A DNA stretch of 37,373 nucleotides. Origin: Trichosphaerium sp. ATCC 40318 (Eukaryota > Protista > Tubulinea). This document shows positions 24,572-34,713 of the stretch, piece after piece (position 1 is the first letter of the stretch; each line of letters opens with the position of its first letter). A program made the translations under genes and the position numbers. The stretch lies in the NCBI GenBank assembly GCA_038496445.1, contig JALMLS010000226.1:1-37373 (forward strand). Direction: 5' to 3'. The notes under the pieces are model-generated. The model was given only the letters and a program-made list of their open reading frames with translations, searched no databases and had not been told where the DNA came from.

Positions 24572-27500
24572 TTTCTTCTTTTTTTTTTTTTCCTCCCGTT
24601 TCAATCACATTCAAAATTTTCTAGAAAAACCTTGCGTAAAGAAATTAAGAACATAAGCCTGCTATGTTCAAAACCTTCACTTAAAACTAAACGATAATTT
24701 CTAAAATCATTTAAAGTATTTATATAAGAAAACCTTGGTGAATTAGCTTTAAAAATTGGTTGTGTATTATCCTTAAAATCTAAACGAGCACGTAAATCAC
24801 GTAGAAAGCTTTTACGTAAATTTTTAGCTAAAGTAGCTCGTCTATCAGATAGACGAGCTACTTTAGCTAAAAATTTACGTAAAAGCTTTCTACGTGATTT
24901 ACGTGCTCGTTTAGATTTTAAGGATAATACACAACCAATTTTTAAAGCTAATTCACGCTTCTTTTTAGTTATATCTGAAAATATACCTTTTTTCAATAGA
25001 TAAGATATATAATTATAATAATATACCTTATCATATTTTTTCTTTTTTTTTTTCCTTTTTTTTTCTTTTTTTTTTTTTAGTTTTTTTCTAATAAGATTAT
25101 ATATCTTTAATATTTTCTTAAAAGACCTTATTTTATATACCTTTCCTTTTTTTATTATTTTTTTTTTTTTTTTTTTTTTTTCCTTTTTTTTTAATTTATA
25201 AATTAACTTTTTATCTTTTATACGAAATTTTCTTCATCTTTTCCCATAACCTCTCCTATTATTTCTCTTTTTTTTTATTTTTGCTCATTTTCATGCTTTT
25301 ATTTGACTTTTTTTGAAATAATTATTTTTTTTTCCTCTTTTTAAACTTTTAGTTTTTTTTAAAGTAAACCTTTTTTTATTATTTAAATAATTATTTCAAA
25401 AAAATGATTTAAATAATCTCCCATTAAACGTTTTCTCTATAAAGTTAATACGTCTATTTCTTAATTTTTTTAAATATATAGTTCTTATCTTCTTTTCGTT
25501 TCATTTTTTTCCTTTGTTATATTTTAATCAAAGATTATATTTAATTTTTCTCGATAGTTTTCCACTTTTATCTAAACTTCAAATTAATTTATTATAATAT
25601 AAGCTGTCCCTCGCTAAAAGAGTAGAACGTATTAATATATTCATCATATTATTAAAACCTAGATTATTTGTTGTAACTTTTTTGGTCTTTTTATTTTTCA
25701 TTTGAACCATTGTTTAATAAATCTTATTTCCTTACGTTTACCTTCTTTTTCTCTAAAAGCATTTAATTTTATTTTTTTTATAAGTCTTCATAAACCATAA
25801 ATATCTATACTATGTTTATATTTACGACGTATTAACTGCAATAGTTTGGCTCTACCTTTATTTTTAAATATTATTCAATGACGCCATACTCAAAATAATC
25901 TATCTTTACGATCCTCACCATAAATATATCTTAATTTTCTATAAAATTCTTTTCATTTTTTTTTTTCATTAAAAAACAATCAATTTTTTCCAAATGATTT
26001 TAATTTTAACTATTAGGTAGAAATCATCTTACATTTCTATTTTTTTTAAAATTTACACATTGATTTTTGCTACCAAATAATCATTTTTTATAAAATTTTT
26101 TATTTTGTCACCGTCTTTTTGATATAAATTTTTTAAATTTTACAAAATTTCCTTTTCAAAGGTATGCTAAGTTATTTCGTAATTTAAATAACCAGTTTTT
26201 TTACGCATACGTTTGACAATACGTTGCATAAAAGATCGTGCTGCATTTCTAATGCAGCACGATCTTTTATGCAACGTATTGTCAAACGTATGCGTAAAGC
26301 TTTGACTATTTAACAAAATCCCCCAGCTTTTTTACGTTTTGAGAAATCGACTTTATTATAATAAAGTCGATTTCTCAAAATAAAATTTTTAAAAGATAAC
26401 CTTGTGTTTAAATCAAAAGGTTTATGGAATCGTAAAACGTTTCGCTAGACGCTTTTCCTAAAATTTAGGAAAAGCGTCTAGCGAAACGTTTTACGATTCC
26501 ATAAACCTTTTGATTTAAACGTATTTAATTTTATTTGACAAGATTTAGTTGCTTTGTTTTTAAATAAATTTTGCTTTCAAAATTTATTTATTTTTTTATT
26601 AACCTTTTCCAACATAGCAAAACGCTTCTTTCTACTAATATATTTATACTTTCTCCACTTTTTTTTTCTTTTTTTATATACATTCTTATTTAATACCTTA
26701 TTTTTCTTTATTTTTAATAAACGTTTTTTTTTTAACAATCGTTTTTTCTTTAAAAATCTAATATATTTTTTTTTATTATCTATTATTTTATACTTTATTT
26801 TACCTCACTTTTTTTTTATTAAAACTCATGCTTGTAATCTTCTATTTCTATTTTTTGATTTTTTTTTTTCTTTTTTTTTTAATTTTAATCTTTTACGCCA
26901 TTTTGTACCTAAAATATATCCTCATTCTTTTTTTTTTTTTGCTTTTTTTTTTTTTAGTATTTTACGTATCCCATATCAAAACCATTCTTTTTCTAAATTT
27001 TTTTTTAAACTAACACTTTTTTTTTCTTTTTCATTCTTTTTTTTCCGTTTCATTCTTTTTTTGTTTGCTTTTAAAATTCATCCTTTATAAAAACTATTAT
27101 AATAATTTTTATAAATTTTTCTATATATATTTTTTTTTTCTTCTTTTACTTTTTTCCCTCTTTTTTTATAAATTAAATTTCTTAAGCTTTCTAATTTTTT
27201 TTTTTTTTCTTTTTTTTTTTTTAAGTATAAAAATCTCATTAAATTTTTATACTTAGTTTGTTCTACGTTTTTTCTTTTATTTTTCAATTTAACATAATAA
27301 AAAAAAAGAAGAGATTTTATATTAAATTTGATTCTTCTTTTTTTTCTAATAACTAAAAATTTAAAAAACTTATGATTAAAATTTTTAATCATTTTAATCA
27401 TTTTATTTTTTAATATTAATATCATAAGTTTATTTAACTTATATTTTCTTTTTATTTTCTTAATCTCTTTTTTATATCTTTTTTTTTGCTTTATTATTTT

Positions 27501-28451
27501 TTTAATCTCTTTTTTTATTGCTTTTTTTTTTTTCCTAAGTTTTTTAAAAAATTTTTTTCTTTTTTTTTTAATCTCTTCTTTTTTTTCAATTTTTTTTTGT
27601 TTTATTCTTTCTTGCCTGCGATCTCATGCTCTTTTTTTTCTAAAATAACCTTTTGTATATCTACCTACTAAAAATTTTAATACCTTTTTTTTTTTTTTCT
27701 TTTTTTTTAATATTCTTTTTATTTTATTACCTTGACTTTTTTTGGTTTTTAAAATTTTTATTTTAGAATTAAAAATTTTTATTTTATATTTTACATTAAA
27801 TTTAAATTTTTTCAGAAGCTTCTGAAAAAATTTAAATTTAATGTATTTTTTTTTATAATGTTCTTTTTTTATCTTTTTTATTTTTTCTTTCCTTTTTTTT
27901 GTTTTTTTTTTTCTTTCCTTTCTAAAATATAAAAAATACTGACGTCGTAAGTATTTTTTATATATTTTACTTGGTTTTTTTACTATTCTTTTTATTTTTT
28001 TTAATAAAAACCTTTTTCTAATGTAACGTTTATGAAAAAACAATGAAGGTTTTAAAATTATATTTTTTACGTGATATTTTATTAAGTCAAAGTTTTCTTT
28101 CTTTTTTAGATAGTCAATACACGTTGGACGTACGTCCAACGTGTATTGACTATCTAAAAAAGAAAGAAAACTTTGACTTAATAAAATATCACGTAAAAAA
28201 TATAATTTTAAATTACTTTCTTTAATTTTACTTTTAATTTTACCTACTAAATCAATATTAAAACTAACTTCTTTTCTTTCTTTTAAACATGTATTTATAC
28301 CTTCACTTTTATTTGTTTCTTTTAGATATGTATTTATACCTTCACTTTTATTTGTTTCTTTAAAAAAGATCCTATCGCGATTTTTTAAAGAAATATCCAG
28401 GTTTTTTCTTACTAGTAAAATTAAAGAGACCCAAAGGTTGTTTTTTTTCAC
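24555..28451 (-). CDS. Giant Lys/Arg-rich unassigned ORF (may extend to about 28860)
   Basis: ORF-track pieces 27624-28451, 27078-27425 and 24601-24996 are linked by long stretches that are open when TGA=W; the breaks I saw are few and mostly at homopolymers. Confidence 0.6.
24738..24956. repeat. 219-bp palindrome (109-bp arms, 1-nt loop)
   Basis: Centre ...gtctatc a gatagac... at 24847. Confidence 0.95.
26200..26520. repeat. Three adjacent palindromes: 26200-26298, 26337-26380, 26406-26520
   Basis: Arms of 48, 22 and 57 bp with loops of 3, 0 and 1 nt. Confidence 0.93.
27792..27845. repeat. 54-bp perfect palindrome
   Basis: Centred on cagaag|cttctg. Confidence 0.9.
28051..28212. repeat. 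162-bp perfect palindrome with no loop
   Basis: Centred on ggacgt|acgtcc; the same peptide appears on both strands in the ORF track. Confidence 0.96.
28282..28362. repeat. 39-bp in-frame tandem duplication
   Basis: KETNKSEGINTYL / KETNKSEGINTCL on the minus strand. Confidence 0.9.
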
Positions 28452-28815
28452 AAATAACCTTTGGGTCTCTTTAATTTTACTAGTAAGAAAAAACCTGGAT
28501 ATTTCTTACTAAGGTTATCTAATATTATTTCTTCGCTGGTATACTTAATTTTAAATTAATTTAAAATTAAGTATACCAGCGAAGAAATAATATTAGATAA
28601 CCTTAGTAAGAAATATCCAGGTTTTTTCTTACTAGTAAAATTAAAGAGACCCAAAATTAATGACTTAATTACTATTAAATTTTTATCGATAGGTAAGCGG
28701 GATATAAAGTTTACGTCTCTCTTTTAGTTAACTAAACAAAGACGTAAACTTTATATCCCGCTTACCTATCGATAAAAATTTAATAAAGCGGGATATAAAG
28801 TTTACGTCTTTGTTT
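28388..28815. repeat. Two inverted triplications (about 28388-28654 and 28674-28815)
   Basis: aagaaatatccaggttttttcttactagtaaaattaaagagacccaaa occurs +,-,+; aagcgggatataaagtttacgtct occurs +,-,+. Confidence 0.92.
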
Positions 28816-29646
28816 TTAAAACGCCGTTTTTTTTTTTTTTCTTTTTTTTTTCTATTCAATATTTTTATTTAAATTTACAAAATTAATAAACTTAATTTAT
28901 TTTTAAAATAAGTTTATTTTTTATAGGCAATTTTACCTTCTATAACGTCCACTAATATGTAATTTATTTAATTTATTGCTTATTTTTTCTGGTTTCTTAT
29001 TTCACGATATAATACAAAATTTGCTTACTATTAAGATATTTTCTTAAAATTAATTACGCTTACCTTTTCATAAAGTTTTTCAAAAAGATTACTACGACGT
29101 GGTATAAACTTCTAAACACTTTTACATAAAAATATAAACACGTATAAAAAAACTTAAAATATCAAAAAATAAACCGAAAACGAATGATTTAAATTTTCCA
29201 TTTTACCAACCCTAATCTAACTAAATTATTCCTATTTTTTCAAAATATAATACAAAATTTAGCAAAACAAAATATAAAACTTTGCTATTTTAAAAAACGC
29301 CTCAATTAACACCTAAAAACCACCCTTACGTAAAAACTTATAATTAATATAAAAACTCTAAATTTCTTGCACAAAATTCTTAATTTATAAACATAACCAA
29401 GTTTATAGAAGCTTTTCTTCCTTCATATAAGTTAACTTAAACCTCACATTTGATCTATTTTGGCTAATTTTTGTTTATTAAATTGATCTCCATAAAACGA
29501 GAACACTATAAAACACACATTACGACTACTATAACAAGTATATAACCAAGTTTTACAAAACAACTATATATCACCATTGATCATAAACATATCAAGGCAT
29601 ATTCATACCTTAAATCAGCTAAACCCCTATTAAATAATAAATAAAC

Positions 29647-29820
29647 TGTGTTGGAGGATAACGAACAAAAAAAGATTTAAGGGAATGATTTTAAAACTAA
29701 CATATTTAAATATCGCTTATTTTTAGGTTGTTTAAACAACCTAAAAATAAGCGATATTTAAATATGTTAGTTTTAAAATCATTCCCTTAAATCTTTTTTT
29801 GTTCGTTATCCTCCAACACA
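29647..29820. repeat. 174-bp perfect palindrome
   Basis: Centred on ggttgttt|aaacaacc. Confidence 0.95.
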
Positions 29821-29864
29821 TAAATAACCTTTTAAAAAACTTTAATATCTAGATGATTACTCTG

Positions 29865-29936
29865 TATTTTTTTAGAGAATTGTTGCGTTACCAAAAAATT
29901 AATTTTTTGGTAACGCAACAATTCTCTAAAAAAATA
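29865..29936. repeat. 72-bp perfect palindrome
   Basis: Centred on ccaaaaaatt|aattttttgg. Confidence 0.93.
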
Positions 29937-30350
29937 TCACTAGTTAGTAATTCAAAACTAAATTTCTTTTTTTCAAAACATAAAGAAACCTTTTGTTATA
30001 GCAACTCAGTAAAACCATCACTTCAGCATTACAATTAAAACTATAATTATTACCACTTAGCTATACCATTTATCCAAATACATCCACCTACATAACCATC
30101 CATGTAGTCATACCTACACAATATCTGTTTGACACACTAAAGATGCCCTATTAAAATTATATGCTTCATTATAACACGTAAACCGTCGTAACCTAATCAC
30201 AAAGAATAAAAACAATAGGTCTTACTCTTTTTTTAAAATGTAAACTATATTATTAAAATCTTCTTTTAACCAACCTACAATGCTAAACCTAAAAACACTT
30301 AAATATAAAAAAAAAAATAAAAGCTATCTAAAAAACAAAAAAAAATAAAA

Positions 30351-30467
30351 TAAAGAACTTAATTTATTTTTAATTTCGCTTCTTCCCTTGAAACTATAAA
30401 AAATTATAAACAAATAACTATCTTTTTTAAATATTCATTTATAATACAAATAACATTCTCTTTTTTT
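30351..30467. repeat. 117-bp intergenic direct repeat, copy 2
   Basis: Matches 23277-23393. Confidence 0.92.
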
Positions 30468-30491
30468 AAATAAAAAATATAAAATAAAATA

Positions 30492-31514
30492 TTAAAAAAA
30501 AATAGATATTAAAAAATATATAACTTTTTTTAATATTTCAACAAATAAAAAAAAATCATTATCCATATCTAAAAAAATCTGAGTAGTTTCATTTAAACAA
30601 TCATAACAACCTACCATATTTTCTTCATAACTACAATATAAATTTCCATCAATATTTTCACCAATTTCCCTTACCAGTTGATTTTCTCCGGGAAACACTA
30701 TGTCAATTCCTTCTAAAGTATCTTTTCCTCCATAATCTTCTTCCTCAAAAGTCACAATATTCTCAAAAATTTCATTTGAACCATCAGATGCAATAGCTTC
30801 ATCTAAATTTAATGTATCTGATGAACTATCATCTAGTTCATCAGATACATTAAATTTAGATGAAGCTATTGCATCTGACAATAACTCATCTAAATTTGGA
30901 TTATTATATCCTTGAAAATTTTCTGTCCCTTGATAAGTAGGTTCATCTTCGATATTTACTATATTTTCTCTATAATTACCTCAATTGTAAGACTCTAAAG
31001 CTTGCTCCATTATTTTTACTGTTTCACTTGCAACGTCTAACTCTACCTCTACTTTTGGTATTTGTTGCTGCAATTCTAAAATTCCCTCAATTATTTTTTC
31101 GTCTAAATCTAAATCTGGATCTTCAAATTCAAAAGCTGGTAATATTAATATATTTTGCGGTTCAAAATATGCTTCACAATTCTCAAGATTCACATCGTTT
31201 TTTAAATTTTTATACCCTAAATTATAGCGAAGCACCTGATCAATACAGTCCATATCTACAGAGATTATATGATTATTACTATTATAATAAAAACCTGCAG
31301 CAAAACCTAAACAAACTATAAATAATACACTTGTTACTCCTAATAAAATGAACCTATTATGTATAACCTCCTCTAAATTTTGAGGTTCTAATATCAATCC
31401 TGGTATAGACACGTAGGCCCCTTTGCTTTTTTTGCTTTTTAGGCAATTAAAAAAAACAAAAAAAAAACGTGCCATTTTTTCCATTATTTCATCAACAATT
31501 TTAGAATTTTCCAT
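30492..31514 (-). CDS. Unassigned 340-aa acidic protein with a putative transmembrane helix
   Basis: Track ORFs 30981-31514 and 30492-30881 are in the same frame and join through TGA=W (1023 nt); hydrophobic stretch FILLGVTSVLFIVCLGFAAGFYY; D/E-rich remainder. Confidence 0.8.
30784..30878. repeat. 95-bp hairpin (45-bp arms, 5-nt loop) inside ORF340
   Basis: tcagatgcaatagcttcatc...gatgaagctattgcatctga. Confidence 0.93.
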
Positions 31515-31529
31515 GATAAGTAAGCTTAT

Positions 31530-32887
31530 TTATTCTGTTAGTAGTATAAAATGACCAACGCTGAATTCCCAAACCATGGTAATATTCCTAATATTACACG
31601 GTACATAATAAAAAGCATAAAATATTAATTCACGCCAAGTTAAATCTGTACGACCATACGTACTAATCAACCAACCTCTACTACTCCCATTAATCTTCAA
31701 TTTTTTTCTCTTTGACTTCTTTTCAAACCTTTTTTAATATGCCTTCGTATTTAACTTCCCAAAAACTATCCTATTATACATTCATACACTAGCCCCTGTA
31801 GATATAACATACCTAAACATAAAAAAAAACTTAATAAAAAACTATATAAAGACAAGAAAAAAAAATTAAAAGTTCTCCACAAAATTTAAAAAACAGGAAA
31901 ACCAAAATTAGCAAAAATAAACATAAAATAAAATAATGCCATAATGGCATTATTTGACTTATACTCCATAATAAAAAATAACACGAGTTTTAAACTATCA
32001 TATAAAATACCTACTAAAATAAATAACCACTCGATACTAACCATGTCCTACTAATAAATAAATGCATCTTGCACACCTACTATATTTAACGAAAACAAAC
32101 CAATCAAACTAAAATCATATGTGCTATAGACATATAAGCTATGCTTTTTTAACATCACATGTCTACACGATAAACATACACTATGTAAAATACAATTATT
32201 ATAATTACAAAAAATAAAGGCGCATATATTTTATAGATTCAAAAAACAAAGAATAACAAATCTACACAGCCCATACAAGCTAATTTTAAAATCAAGCTGC
32301 TAAAATAACCGAACCTACTGTTGTTGCCTCTACATGTGCTTCGGGTAACATAAATGAAATGGATACATGGGTGTTTAACAGCAAATGCTGTTAAAAATAA
32401 AATACATGTACCTAATCTCGCTGAAAACTATTATTATATAAAATAAGGTATACAGATCAAATGTACCACTTGAGAATATAAAGACATTAACCTATAAGCA
32501 TAGAAAAAGATCCTAATACGTATATAAAAATAATTTAAAGGATGCTATTACCGTCGCTTTTTAGTACCTCAAATACCTATAAAAAAAAAAAGAGGTATTA
32601 AAAAAACTCAAAAATAATATAAAAAAAAATAAGATCATATACTAAAAAAGCACCTGCGCACAACAAGTTATGCTAAAAGCATAAAAATAAAACTATTATT
32701 CTATACTTGCGATCCCAATTAAGGAGCTTACCTATATAAACAAACTGCTGCTTAAAATATGAAAAGATAAGACAAACGTCACATCCAATCCTCTGTTCCT
32801 CCTAAAAAAATTACCTATGTAACTAAAAATATAAAATAACTCAGTATCACAAAAAAATAAAATAAAAAAAGCCAACTAATATAACAT
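31530..32887 (-). CDS. nad4: NADH dehydrogenase subunit 4 (cryptogene)
   Basis: FYIIFE, FIGIWG, FKLFLYT, PMYPFHL.LPEAHVEATTVGS, AYMS.AHM, DLTWRE. Confidence 0.93.
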
Positions 32888-34329
32888 TTATATATACTAA
32901 AAAAATAACACGCAATCCCTATTACCCAAAATTAAAAGTCAATTTGTCATTAATTTAAATTAAATTAACATATCTATATCAATAAAAATAAAACATCATA
33001 ATTAAAATAAATAAAATATTAGCCATAAAAAAAAAGCTAACATATAATAAATATTTCGTCTCGCCTTATATATAAGCCTCATCCTCAAAATTTACCAAAC
33101 AGGAATCCTTGAAAACGTTTAAATAAAACTTAATGCAAAAATACGACTAAAATGCAAAATATAGCAAGTAATCAATCACTACCGCTAATAAACTCGATAT
33201 TAACAAAAATTTAGAAAAAAAGCCATTAGCGGAGGTAATCCTGCTACAGATAAAAAACTTAATCAAAAAAATATACTTCACGAAACGCTATATGATTAAA
33301 TTTAAAAAATCTAACATATTTACTATACTCTATTTTGTAAATGACTTAACAAAATAAACAAATTAAAAAAAAACCCATGCTTACAAGCATATAAATACCA
33401 AATAAATTAAAATACATAAAAAACTAAATGAGATGCAGTATTACATGCTAATAATAAATAACTTAAATTTACACTGAGCTATACGCTCAAATTCTTCTAA
33501 TCTTATTTGACTAACACCTAAAAATACAAAAACCACATGCTAATAACTGAAAATACTGTTATTATTGACTTATTTCTTCAATTTGTATCAATACAAAAAA
33601 TACTTTCAAAAAAACATCAAGGTCACTATTTTACTTACTACTGTTAAAATACTTAAAGCCCCAAAGAACCTGCCTCATAGCTATCAACAATCAAAAATTA
33701 AACGGAAATATCCCTAATTTTATAAATAAACACATAAAAATAGAGATAACCCTACGATAATAAACCATCCAAATATAAAAATCCACACCCACTCTATAAA
33801 CTTATACGACCACATGAACTCTTAAGTCAAAAAATAACACAACCTATAAAAATAAATCCTGAGCTAATTTATTAAAAATTAAATATTTTAGGGCTGCTCA
33901 GATTTAGAAACTTTATTCGACCTACACTTAATAAAATATAGAAACAAATTCTAATAATTCTAAAACAACTCAACAACACAACAACTCGAAAACGATAATA
34001 TTAAAAAACTACATAACATATACATAAATTAAGTAAACACCATTGTAGGAATCACTTTCCTCATAGAAGTCAAAAAAAAAAAGAAGCACACTATAACACT
34101 TTTAAATAGATACAACCGAAGCATCAAAATAAGTTTGATCCAGTCATATCACTGCATTAACGCGCACAACTAAAGCTTAAAATTGAAAAACAAAACATAA
34201 TAATCCTAAATCTTTTGCAAGAATCCTGCACTTTTTCCTCAAATTTGTAAACTAGTACCAAAAATTAATCACCAAATAAAAATAAAATAAGAATCTCTCT
34301 TCTAAATAAAAATAAAATAGATTAGCCAT
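32888..34329 (-). CDS. nad2: NADH dehydrogenase subunit 2 (cryptogene)
   Basis: SE(A)ALKYL, IKLGIFPFNFW, IRRIWAYSSV, LSVAGLPPL.GFFSK. Confidence 0.9.
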
Positions 34330-34403
34330 CTTATATATAAGTCTATATTAATACTTTTTTTTACTTATATATATTATAACTATTCGAATAGCGATACTTG
34401 CCG

Positions 34404-34713
34404 TAGGCGGAAAAAACTTAAATAAATAGTGGTATAATAATAGAAAATATACCACTATTTATTTAAGTTTTTTCCGCCTAGGGTGGGGAATTTTATTCTT
34501 TAGGCTTTTTTCTTCTCATAAATTATCTATTTTGTTTTTTTTTTATACCAAAAAAACAAAATTCCCCACCCTACACAGTGTTTTTTACATACCAAAAAAA
34601 CAAAAAAAAAAACAAGAGCCTAAAGAATAAATGTGCCAATAAAATAAAATAAAAAGTTAACTATTTATTTTATTTTATTGGCACATTTATTCTTTAGGCT
34701 CTTGTTTTTTTTT
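34404..34713. repeat. Cluster of intergenic hairpins
   Basis: taggcggaaaaaactta.../...taagttttttccgccta; tagggtggggaatttt/aaaattccccacccta; caagagcctaaagaataaatgtgccaat.../...attggcacatttattctttaggctcttg. Confidence 0.88.

Noticed and set aside
26554-27671. Phe-rich plus-strand ORFs as membrane proteins
   Set aside because: They are shadows of the poly-A/Lys-rich minus-strand ORF.
28900-30330. atp6 or nad5 call
   Set aside because: No diagnostic motif (RLFAN, WEGVG) was found.
24000-30900. Palindromes as guide RNAs, CRISPR repeats or MITEs
   Set aside because: I saw no complementarity to edited versions of the cryptogenes, no repeat-spacer periodicity, and no shared termini or target-site duplications (checked by eye only).
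10850-34329. Decayed NUMT or pseudogenes
   Set aside because: The defects are uniform single-base losses, catalytic motifs are restorable, and gene order is compact and intact.
34375-34410. ttcgaat as a tRNA T-loop
   Set aside because: No 5-bp T-stem, acceptor stem or anticodon arm can be built.
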